From assembly GCA_020061685.1 (NCBI GenBank), contig JAGUXU010000124.1, positions 1 through 35,330 of the forward strand: 35,330 nt of DNA. Direction: 5' to 3'. The notes under the pieces were generated by a model, which was given only the letters and a program-made list of their open reading frames with translations, did no database searches and was not told the DNA's origin. This stretch comes from Candidatus Omnitrophota bacterium (GTDB taxonomy: Bacteria; Omnitrophota; Gorgyraeia; Pluralincolimonadales; Pluralincolimonadaceae). Shown here one piece after another: positions 24,078 to 32,084 of the stretch. A program made the translations under genes and the position numbers. Every line of letters starts with the position of its first letter. Position 1 is the stretch's first letter.

Positions 24078-24221
24078 ATGAGCGTCAAAATAAGGACTTC
24101 GCGCAAGGGCAGGAAGTGCAGGCATCCGCACTGCAAGCAAATTTTAAGTATCTATAATCACGAGGTTTTTTGCCATGTCCATCATGGCCAACTGCCTCAG
24201 GAGTTAAGGTCCAAGGCCTAA
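24078..24221 (+). CDS. 47-aa Cys/His-rich small protein (zinc-ribbon-like), not in ORF track
   Basis: The ATG at 24078 is preceded by the SD AAGGAG (24064-24069). It translates to MSVKIRTSRKGRKCRHPHCKQILSIYNHEVFCHVHHGQLPQELRSKA, with a CX4C...CXHH ligand pattern and a basic N-terminus. The stop is 7 nt before the helicase ATG. Confidence 0.5.
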   Translation: MSVKIRTSRKGRKCRHPHCKQILSIYNHEVFCHVHHGQLPQELRSKA

Positions 24222-24228
24222 GATTGCC

Positions 24229-25464
24229 ATGATGTATAAACCGACTAACAGAGATGATGTTTCGAGACGGGGAGATCAACCCGCTCAGAGTTTTTACGGG
24301 TTGGGTATCGCGCCGAGGATCCTGGATATCCTCGAAAGTATCAAATTCAAGGTGCCGACACCGATCCAACTGAAGGCGATACCCATAGCGCTTCAGGGTA
24401 AGGATATTATAGGTGTCGCGCAGACCGGCACAGGAAAAACGCATTCATTCGCTATTCCTATGGTGCAGTGCCTTGCGCAGAAGAAAGGGGCGGGGTTGGT
24501 GCTCGCGCCGACCCGCGAATTGGCTATCCAGATCGATGAGGCTTTTCAGATAGTCGCGCGGCCCTTCGGGATAAGGACAGCCTGTCTTATTGGGGGCGCC
24601 TCGATGTATGAACAGATACGCACTCTTCGTAAAAATCCGCGCGTCATTATCGCGACTCCGGGCAGGCTGATCGACCATATGGAGCAGAGGAATATACTGC
24701 TTAATTATGTGGTAATGCTGGTCCTTGACGAGGCCGACCGCATGCTCGATATGGGATTTGCGCCGCAGGTCGACAAGATCCTGCGTTTCCTGCCGAAAGA
24801 AAGACAGACCATGCTTTTTTCAGCGACTATCCCGAGAGAGGTCATGCAGATAGCCGCTAAATATATGAAACTTCCCGTGTCCGTAGAGATCGCGCCTTCC
24901 GGTACCGCCGCTGAGCATGTCACGCAGGAATTGTTTATCGTCAGGAAAGACGCCAAATCACAGGTCTTAAGGAAACTGCTCGCGCAATATCACGGGTCAA
25001 TCCTCCTGTTTTCCCGGACGAAGCATAACGCGGGAAAGATCGCCCACTCGATCAGGGGTATGGGATACAGCGCCGCCGAGATACACTCCAACCGTTCTTT
25101 GGGCCAACGGCGCGAAGCGCTCGGAGGCTTCAAATCCGGAAAATATAAGGTGCTTGTCGCTACCGATATCGCCGCAAGGGGGATCGACGTAACGGGTATC
25201 GAGGTGGTCATTAATTACGACCTTCCTGAGGACGCGCAAAACTACGTTCACCGCATCGGCCGCACGGGCCGGGCCGGGCATAAAGGGCACGCGATCTCTT
25301 TCGCGACGCCCGATCAAAGCGGCGATGTCAAGAATATCGAAAAGCTCATCAGGACCTCATTGCCTATCGCGAAGCATCCGGAGATCCCGCAGGAACAATT
25401 TATCCAATCTTCGGGTAAAGGGATAAAATATCACTTTGCGCCGAGGCGGCGTCATCGCCGATAG
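24229..25464 (+). CDS. DEAD-box ATP-dependent RNA helicase (RhlE-like)
   Basis: The Q-motif region is F..LGI....L......PTPIQ. Motif I is AQTGTGKT. PTRELA, the DEAD box (VLDEADRM), SAT, ARGIDV and HRIGRTGRAG are all present. Confidence 0.92.
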   Translation: MMYKPTNRDDVSRRGDQPAQSFYGLGIAPRILDILESIKFKVPTPIQLKAIPIALQGKDIIGVAQTGTGKTHSFAIPMVQCLAQKKGAGLVLAPTRELAIQIDEAFQIVARPFGIRTACLIGGASMYEQIRTLRKNPRVIIATPGRLIDHMEQRNILLNYVVMLVLDEADRMLDMGFAPQVDKILRFLPKERQTMLFSATIPREVMQIAAKYMKLPVSVEIAPSGTAAEHVTQELFIVRKDAKSQVLRKLLAQYHGSILLFSRTKHNAGKIAHSIRGMGYSAAEIHSNRSLGQRREALGGFKSGKYKVLVATDIAARGIDVTGIEVVINYDLPEDAQNYVHRIGRTGRAGHKGHAISFATPDQSGDVKNIEKLIRTSLPIAKHPEIPQEQFIQSSGKGIKYHFAPRRRHRR

Positions 25465-25472
25465 GAAAGACA

Positions 25473-26915
25473 TTGAAATATAATCACGCCTTATTCATTA
25501 ACCCGTATACCGAAAGTTCCACTACGAGCGCGATGAGGCTTTTTCCGCCCACCGGACTCGAGTATGTCGCTACAAGCGCCAAGGAATGTGTGGGTAAGGT
25601 CACGCTCCTTGACCTAAGGTATAAAAGCGAGTTCTCCGATACGGCCGCGCTTTTGGATTTTATATCCAGAGAGATCGATATAATCTGTGTCGGCATCGGC
25701 TGGGACCGCCAGATCAAAGAGATCTGCGGCCTCCTGAACCGTTTTCCGGAAGGTATTCCCCTGGTCATCGGCGGATATACCGCCACCGAGAAGGTGGAAG
25801 AACTTTTTAAGGACTGCCGGAGGGCCGATATTATAGTAAGGGGGGAAGGCGAAGAGACCATCAAGGAGATACTCAGGGGCGCGCCGCCGGACAGTATTTT
25901 AGGCATTTCATATAGGTCCGACGGAAGAGTCGTCCATAACAAAAACAGGCCGCTGCCCGAGATAGATAACCTGGCTTCCCCTGACCGTTCCCTCAGGTCA
26001 AACGAGTACAACCTGTTCCTGAATGATATAAAGATAGCGGGCCTGACCTTCGATACGGTCTTGAGTTCCAGGGGCTGCCCGTTTAACTGTAAATTCTGCA
26101 CGTTCACCCTCAATCCTCTGGGGCAAAAACGTAATTATTCGGCGCGTAATCCGGTTTCCGTCGCGGACGAGATATCCGGGATAAGCGCAAGCGTCATTTT
26201 ATTCAGCGATGAAAACTTCGCGGTGGACCCAAAGAGGGCGGAAGAGATATGCGACCTGATAATAGCCCGCAAGATAAAAAAACGCTTTGCCGCGCAGGTC
26301 CGCATCGATATAGCCAAACATCCCTCATTGCTTAAAAAGATGGTAAAGGCGGGATTCAAGGTGCTTTTGCTCGGGATAGAGTCTCCGCACGACTGGATAC
26401 TGGCTCAGCTGAATAAAGGGTTTGATTCGGATACGATAAGAAGATCTTTCGTCGTGCTTAAAAAATACCCGATGTTTTACCACGGATATTTCATATACGG
26501 CAACATAGGCGAGACGGAAGAGCAGATGCTTTACATACCCCGGTTCGCGAGGGAGATAGGGGTCGATTCCATCACCTGCCTTAAACTAAGGATAGAGAAA
26601 TTCTCTCCCTTGAGGGAACTCGCGCAGAGCACGCCCGGCTACCATATCACGGAAAGCGGGCAGCTCTATTCCGACGCTTATAGCTACGCCGACTTGAAAA
26701 AAATAGGCAGGAAGATAAAGTTTTCGTTCTATACCCCGGCAAGGTTCCTGAAGATATTCTCTAAATCCCTCAGGATGAGATTTCTCAACTTCAGGGAAAT
26801 AATGCTTTTCCTTCTGGCTGTACCGCTGGTATTGGAAAATGCCATAATCCGGGATGTGCAGAAAGGGCGACTGCGGGATTCTTTAACGCGTATTTTCATA
26901 AGCAATAAACGATAA
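25473..26915 (+). CDS. B12-binding-domain radical SAM enzyme (class B), second copy type
   Basis: The N-terminal B12-like domain shows PPTGLEYVATSA, IDIICVGIGW and IPLVIGGYTAT. The cluster motif is SSRGCPFNCKFCTF. A hydrophobic C-terminal segment (IMLFLLAVPLVLENAII) is present. It has a TTG start with AGGAAAG upstream, 8 nt after the helicase stop. Confidence 0.8.
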   Translation: MKYNHALFINPYTESSTTSAMRLFPPTGLEYVATSAKECVGKVTLLDLRYKSEFSDTAALLDFISREIDIICVGIGWDRQIKEICGLLNRFPEGIPLVIGGYTATEKVEELFKDCRRADIIVRGEGEETIKEILRGAPPDSILGISYRSDGRVVHNKNRPLPEIDNLASPDRSLRSNEYNLFLNDIKIAGLTFDTVLSSRGCPFNCKFCTFTLNPLGQKRNYSARNPVSVADEISGISASVILFSDENFAVDPKRAEEICDLIIARKIKKRFAAQVRIDIAKHPSLLKKMVKAGFKVLLLGIESPHDWILAQLNKGFDSDTIRRSFVVLKKYPMFYHGYFIYGNIGETEEQMLYIPRFAREIGVDSITCLKLRIEKFSPLRELAQSTPGYHITESGQLYSDAYSYADLKKIGRKIKFSFYTPARFLKIFSKSLRMRFLNFREIMLFLLAVPLVLENAIIRDVQKGRLRDSLTRIFISNKR

Positions 26916-26975
26916 TAATCCTTTACCCTATTTTTCCTTTCAAAACTCAGATTATTGATATATAATTATATACCA

Positions 26976-28214
26976 ATGATACCCACCAGAGTCGTCATAA
27001 CCGGTTTAGGCGTTATAGCTTCCAATGGCATAGGAAAAGACCGTTTTCAGGAGGCGCTCTTCAAAGGCGTATCCGGCATCAGGCCTGTCTCCCTGTTTGA
27101 TACATCCCAGTTTAAGGTCAAGACAGGCGGGGAGATCGAGAATTTCGAGGCCGCGGATTTTTTGGGCAGTAAAGGATTGCGGACACTGGACCGCAGCACA
27201 AAGTTGCTTAACTGCGCCGCCAAACTGGCCTTAGATGACGCCAAACTGGATTTTTCCGGCGCGGACACAAGCGACGTAGGTGTCGCCGTCGGCAGCACGC
27301 TAGGGAGTATCCGCAGTATAAGGGAGTTCCATCAGGATGCCGTCAAGGACGGCCCTCGTTACGTAAACCCCTCACTTTTTCCCAATACCGTCATCAATTC
27401 GCCGGCAAGCCAGGTCTCCATCAGATTCAAGATCAAAGGATTTAATATCACTCTCTCGACGGGATTCTCCGCCGGTTTGGACGCCGTTAATTACGCGGCA
27501 GAATTCATAAGGTCGGGGCGCGCGAGGGTGGCGCTCGCCGGAGGGGTGGAGGAGATGTGCATAGAGACCTTTTTTGGTTTTTACAGGACCGGATTTTTAG
27601 CGGGGTCAAGCGGCGAGGGCCCCGAATTGTCCTGTCCTTTTGACGGTAGACACAACGGTGTTGTCTTCGGCGAAGGGACCGCGATATTAGTGCTGGAGGG
27701 TTTGGACTCGGCGATCAAGCGTAACGCCTCCATATATGGCGAAGTCCTGGGCTGCGGGCGGGGTTACGACGCTTATAATATCGGCAGATACGATCCCGAG
27801 GGCGGCGGGCTTAAAAGGGCTATGCGGACGGCGCTGAAGAAAGCGGATGTCGTCCCGGAGAATATAGATTATATCTGCGCTGCTGCGAATTCCGCAAAGG
27901 AAGGGGATATCATCGAATCCAAAGCCATAAAGGATGTTTTCGGGGTCGCCACCAAAACAAATATCAGTTCCATTAAATCCATGATAGGGGAATCGTTCAG
28001 CGCTTCCGGAGCCTTTCAGGCCGCCGCGGCCGCCTTGGCCATAGAGAAACAGGTGATCCCTGCGACGATCAACTATCGGCAGAAGGACCCCGAATGCGAT
28101 TTGAATTACGTGGCCAACGAAGCGCGCGGCTGCAAAGTGGATAATGTACTGGTGAACGCTTTCGGGCCCGGCGGGTATAATTCCAGTATGGTGATCGCGA
28201 GATTTAACGGTTGA
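26976..28214 (+). CDS. beta-ketoacyl synthase homolog lacking the Cys-His-His triad (chain-length-factor-like KS partner)
   Basis: It has a thiolase/KS fold (RVVITGLGVIASNGIG, PNTVINSPASQVSIRF, ALAGGVEEM, IKSMIGES). By hand alignment to E. coli FabF, Cys163 aligns with Phe (STGFSAG, TTC 27465-27467), His303 with Ala (ICAAANSA) and His340 with Glu (GESFS). The track start is TTG 26955; the ATG at 26976 (MIPTRVVITG) is more likely. Confidence 0.75.
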   Translation: MIPTRVVITGLGVIASNGIGKDRFQEALFKGVSGIRPVSLFDTSQFKVKTGGEIENFEAADFLGSKGLRTLDRSTKLLNCAAKLALDDAKLDFSGADTSDVGVAVGSTLGSIRSIREFHQDAVKDGPRYVNPSLFPNTVINSPASQVSIRFKIKGFNITLSTGFSAGLDAVNYAAEFIRSGRARVALAGGVEEMCIETFFGFYRTGFLAGSSGEGPELSCPFDGRHNGVVFGEGTAILVLEGLDSAIKRNASIYGEVLGCGRGYDAYNIGRYDPEGGGLKRAMRTALKKADVVPENIDYICAAANSAKEGDIIESKAIKDVFGVATKTNISSIKSMIGESFSASGAFQAAAAALAIEKQVIPATINYRQKDPECDLNYVANEARGCKVDNVLVNAFGPGGYNSSMVIARFNG

Positions 28215-28226
28215 AAGGCAGGACTT

Positions 28227-28976
28227 ATGATGCTTGAAAAGAAGGTCGCGATAGTCACAGGAGGAACCAGGGGCATAGGGAGGGAAATTGTCTTGATGTT
28301 AGCCCGCGAAGGGGCGGATGTCGCCTTTACCTATTTGAAGAGCGGCCAGGAGGCCGAGAAATTAGTGAATGAGGTAAAGGGTCTCGGGAGAAGATGCTTG
28401 GGCGTTGCGGTGGACGTGCGGGATTTCGAGAAGGCAAAGGAATTCATAGAGAAAGTAAAAAATGAACTGGACGGGCTGGATATCCTCATCAATAACGCCG
28501 GTATAACGAAAGACAAGGCCATAATGCTTACGGCAAAAGAGGATTGGCGCGATGTCATCGATACGAATCTGGGTGGCGTCTATAACATGACGCGCAACGC
28601 CATAATCACGTTCTTAAAGCAAAAAAGCGGAAATATAGTGAATATGACCTCGATAAGTGGTATCATAGGAATGGCGCGGCAGACCAATTATGCCGCTTCC
28701 AAGGCGGGTGTCATCGGTTTTACCAAATCGCTTGCCAGGGAAGTTTCCGCCTATAACATCAGGGTCAATGCCGTGGCGCCCGGGTTTATAGATACGGATA
28801 TGACCGCGGGCCTTGTAGAGAAGTATAAAGGAGAGATCGAAAAAAGCATTCCCCTCGGAAGGCTCGGTACCGTCACGGATGTCGCGCAGGCAGTGAGATT
28901 TTTGCTCAGTGATTCGGCGGATTTTATAACCGGACAGGTTATCATCGTTGACGGAGGTTTATCCTTACAACTGTAA
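28227..28976 (+). CDS. fabG: 3-oxoacyl-ACP reductase (SDR, FabG-like)
   Basis: It shows VAIVTGGTRGIGREI, NNAG, the catalytic YAASKAG, and PGFIDTDM. Confidence 0.88.
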   Translation: MMLEKKVAIVTGGTRGIGREIVLMLAREGADVAFTYLKSGQEAEKLVNEVKGLGRRCLGVAVDVRDFEKAKEFIEKVKNELDGLDILINNAGITKDKAIMLTAKEDWRDVIDTNLGGVYNMTRNAIITFLKQKSGNIVNMTSISGIIGMARQTNYAASKAGVIGFTKSLAREVSAYNIRVNAVAPGFIDTDMTAGLVEKYKGEIEKSIPLGRLGTVTDVAQAVRFLLSDSADFITGQVIIVDGGLSLQL

Positions 28977-28993
28977 TCCCAGAGGAGGGCGAG

Positions 28994-29242
28994 ATGCAGG
29001 AAATCGATACTGAGATCAAAGACCTGATAGCCAAGGTAATCGAGAAGGAGCCTGACGAGATCGACCCCAACGCGAGGTTCGCGGAAGACCTGGGTGTAGA
29101 TTCTATGATGGCCCTTGAGATCCTGGCGGCTATCGAGAAGAAATATAAGATAACCATCCCCGAAGAGAAACTTATGCAGTTCACCACCCTCAATGAGACC
29201 GTAAAGATAGCGAAGGAATTTTTAGATAAGAAAGATGCCTGA
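28994..29242 (+). CDS. acyl carrier protein
   Basis: The 82-aa ORF has DLGVDSMMALEI (phosphopantetheine Ser in DSM, the equivalent of DSL) and a four-helix-sized protein. Confidence 0.88.
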   Translation: MQEIDTEIKDLIAKVIEKEPDEIDPNARFAEDLGVDSMMALEILAAIEKKYKITIPEEKLMQFTTLNETVKIAKEFLDKKDA

Positions 29243-29681
29243 CCTGGACATCGAAGAAATCCGCAAGATATTGCCGCAGCGCTACCCCTTCCTGATGATC
29301 GATAGGGTCCTGGAGCTGGAGGCGGGCAAGAAGATAGTAGCGCTTAAGAACGTCTCCTTTAACGAAGAATATTTTTCCGGCCATTTCCCGGAGCAGCCCA
29401 TCATGCCGGGCATACTTATCATTGAGGCGATGGCGCAGGCCTCGATAATCCTTTTTTACGGCAGTCAGAATTCGGAGCAGAATAAAAAATTATCCTACTA
29501 TCTGGGCTCAGTAAAAGTAAGGTTCCTCCATCCCGTTATCCCCGGTGACCAGCTTAAGATCACGATAGAACCCCTCAAAATGCTCTCCAACGCCGGAATA
29601 GTCAAGGCGCGGGCGGCTGTCGGCGATAAAGAGATTGCCGTCGGAGAGATCAGTTTTATGGCCAAAGAGAATACCCCTTAA
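29235..29681 (+). CDS. fabZ: 3-hydroxyacyl-ACP dehydratase (FabZ-like hotdog)
   Basis: ILPQRYPFLMIDRV.EL, FNEEYFSGHFPEQPIMPGILIIEAMAQ matches the FabZ signature with its catalytic His and Glu. It has an 8-nt overlap with the ACP gene. Confidence 0.9.
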   Translation: MPDLDIEEIRKILPQRYPFLMIDRVLELEAGKKIVALKNVSFNEEYFSGHFPEQPIMPGILIIEAMAQASIILFYGSQNSEQNKKLSYYLGSVKVRFLHPVIPGDQLKITIEPLKMLSNAGIVKARAAVGDKEIAVGEISFMAKENTP

Positions 29682-29684
29682 TAC

Positions 29685-30896
29685 ATGGATAAACGTATAG
29701 TCATAACCGGATTGGGCGTCGTCTCCTCGATAGGCATCGGCCGGGAAGAATTTTGGTCCGCCCTGATAAGCGGAAAATCCGGCATAAGCGAGGTCGAATC
29801 CTTTGACACCTCGGATTTTCCCGTCCATTACGGCGGCGAGATCAAGAATTTTTCACCCGGGGCCTTTATCGATAAGGAGAAGGTCGGGAAGATAGGGCGG
29901 TCATCTCAGCTGGCTATCGGTTCGGCAAAACTCGCCGTTAAAGACGCCGGTCTTAGGTTAGACGACCTTAACAGGGAAAGGATAGGCGTCTGCCTCGGGA
30001 CGACGATGGGGGAATCACAGATACTCGTGGAGTTAGACGATGCCTGGATCAGGAAAGGTATGGACTATGTAGACGCGGGGATGGTCCCTCAATACCCCGC
30101 TTATTCGCTGTCCTCAAACGTGGCATTGGAGTTAAGATTAAAAGGCCCTAATTACATCATTCCTAACGCTTGCGCCGCAGGAAATTTCGCCGTCGGATAT
30201 GCCTGCGATCTTATAAAAGGAGGCGACGCGGATATCATGCTGGCGGGAGGGGTGGACGCCTTCGCAAAGATAGCGTTTATCGGGTTTAGCCGGTTGTACG
30301 CCATAGCGCCGCAAAAAGTCCAGCCGTTCGACCTGAACAGGAAAGGCATGATGGTGGGGGAAGGCTCGGCCATCGTGGTCCTGGAAACGCTTGAGAACGC
30401 CTTAAAGAGGGGATGCGCGATATATGCCGAGGTCTTGGGATACGGCGTAAGTTGCGACGCATACCATATGACCGCGCCCGAATCCGGCGGCATCGCCGCG
30501 GCGATAGAGAAGGCGCTTAAAGAGAGCGGGTTAACCCCGGCCGACATAGACTATTTTAACGCCCACGGCACGGGGACGCCGGCCAACGACAAGGAAGAAT
30601 GCGCGGCGATCAAGAAGGTATTCGGCGAGCGTTATAATACGCTTCCTGTCAGTTCCATAAAGTCAATGTTAGGGCATACGATGGGTGCCGCCTCCGCCAT
30701 CGAGACCGTTGCCTGTTGTTTAGCGGCAAAGAACGACATTCTCCCGCCGACGATCAATTATGAGACGCCTGATCCTGACTGCGATATCGATTGCGTCCCT
30801 AACAAGGCGAGGCCTCACAAGATCAGCACAGTCTTAAACAGCGCCTCGGCCTTCGGAGGGAACAACGCCTGCCTCGCGCTTAAGGAATTTCCTTAA
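29685..30896 (+). CDS. beta-ketoacyl-ACP synthase (FabF/KAS II-like) with intact Cys-His-His triad
   Basis: It shows IVITGLGVVSSIG, PNACAAGN (active-site Cys), NAHGTGTPANDKEE (His), and IKSMLGHTMGAAS (Lys/His). Confidence 0.88.
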   Translation: MDKRIVITGLGVVSSIGIGREEFWSALISGKSGISEVESFDTSDFPVHYGGEIKNFSPGAFIDKEKVGKIGRSSQLAIGSAKLAVKDAGLRLDDLNRERIGVCLGTTMGESQILVELDDAWIRKGMDYVDAGMVPQYPAYSLSSNVALELRLKGPNYIIPNACAAGNFAVGYACDLIKGGDADIMLAGGVDAFAKIAFIGFSRLYAIAPQKVQPFDLNRKGMMVGEGSAIVVLETLENALKRGCAIYAEVLGYGVSCDAYHMTAPESGGIAAAIEKALKESGLTPADIDYFNAHGTGTPANDKEECAAIKKVFGERYNTLPVSSIKSMLGHTMGAASAIETVACCLAAKNDILPPTINYETPDPDCDIDCVPNKARPHKISTVLNSASAFGGNNACLALKEFP

Positions 30897-32018
30897 TGCG
30901 GGATCGAAATTTCCGGGCTTGATCAATCCTGCGACGAATTTTGAGAAGAGGTTTGCCGGGGGCCAACTCAACCTGAAATAGACGGAGAGCGGGACCAGCC
31001 CCGCCCCCAGACGTACTTTGGGATCGTAATCTGTTATGCCCATCTGATAATAGCGTATGCCGTTCTTGATGCACCATTCTATATTATGCAGGAACGTCCT
31101 GTAATAGAGATGGTAGGTATGGGCGAGGTCTTTGTCAAAACCGATGAACTTATCGATGCAGGTCCGGCCGCTTACAAGGCACAGGTTAAACGCCACTATC
31201 TTTTCTTTGTCCCGCGTTATGAAGAACTTGGTGATTCCCCGCATGTTCCGTCCGATATTCTGAAAGAATTCCGGGGTCAACGTCTCAAAATGTATATCCG
31301 ACTCATTAAAATTGTTTAGGTAGAGTTCGTATATCCGGTCTCTCAGGCCGCCTATCTCGTCGACGATCTCCGTCGTAAGCGGGGCCGGCCCCGGCAATTT
31401 GTTCAATTTGCGCCTCAGGTCCTTACGCGTATTTTTGCCGAGAGAATCGATATATTCTTTTAAGGAATCCGCTTTTATCATGATCCTTGTATTGGGATAA
31501 TTTTCCATCCGCGCAAACCCATTTTTTCCCAGATAGGCCGCCAGATCGCGGTGATTTTCCGAAAGGTTATAGAATAATATCAAGCCTATCTTCTCCTCTT
31601 TGGCGATCTCGCGGAATTTCTTCAGCGCGCCGTCTAATATATCATCGGTATCCTCCGCGCCCGATATTCCTATATAGAGTTCCTCGGTAGTGGGGAAGCC
31701 CACAAAGAGCATCTTCATCTTCAGGAAGCGGCTGAAGGCCTTTTGTAAAGATAAGATAAGTCCCTGCAGGGGGCCCTGGATTATGGTAGCGAAGGAAAAG
31801 TCGTTGATAAAGAAAGGAAGGACGGCCACGATCTTTCCGCCTCTCTTGGCTAAAAGATACCCTAAGCGGAATTCCTTTATCCGGGACTCTTCAAGCGTTT
31901 TATGATAGCCGAACCCTTCCGGAGCATCTTTACCGAAAAGGCCATTCCAGTCGTTCTCGGGGATGTCCTTGATGGTCGCGGTGACGGAAAAGACGAGCGG
32001 CAACTTTTTGTCTCGCAT
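30834..32018 (-). CDS. FemAB-like / DUF482-type GNAT-fold acyltransferase
   Basis: The 394-aa ORF reads I.DIPENDW..LFG......F.YH..LEES.I..F...YLL......IVAVLPFF, a layout resembling PF04339/FemAB-like proteins. The family call is from memory of the pattern only. Its last 63 nt overlap the 3' end of the convergent KS gene. Confidence 0.5.
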   Translation of the reverse strand: MRDKKLPLVFSVTATIKDIPENDWNGLFGKDAPEGFGYHKTLEESRIKEFRLGYLLAKRGGKIVAVLPFFINDFSFATIIQGPLQGLILSLQKAFSRFLKMKMLFVGFPTTEELYIGISGAEDTDDILDGALKKFREIAKEEKIGLILFYNLSENHRDLAAYLGKNGFARMENYPNTRIMIKADSLKEYIDSLGKNTRKDLRRKLNKLPGPAPLTTEIVDEIGGLRDRIYELYLNNFNESDIHFETLTPEFFQNIGRNMRGITKFFITRDKEKIVAFNLCLVSGRTCIDKFIGFDKDLAHTYHLYYRTFLHNIEWCIKNGIRYYQMGITDYDPKVRLGAGLVPLSVYFRLSWPPANLFSKFVAGLIKPGNFDPALRKFLKREAGVVPSEGRGAV

Positions 32019-32066
32019 GATTTTTAGTATAGCAGAAACACCCCCCTTAACAACAAGTTTTTTTTG

Positions 32067-32075
32067 TGTTATAAT
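32067..32075 (+). promoter_or_regulatory. extended -10 element TGtTATAAT, 9 nt upstream of the hydrolase ATG
   Basis: TGTTATAAT occupies 32067-32075. The ATG at 32085 has no SD, so the predicted start site would fall at or next to the start codon, giving a leaderless mRNA. Confidence 0.45.
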
Positions 32076-32084
32076 TGAACCTCC

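Noticed and set aside
25484-26113. A 209-aa minus-strand ORF.
   Set aside because: It is antisense to the B12-rSAM gene, whose CX3CX2C and B12-domain motifs are clear. It has no motif content of its own.
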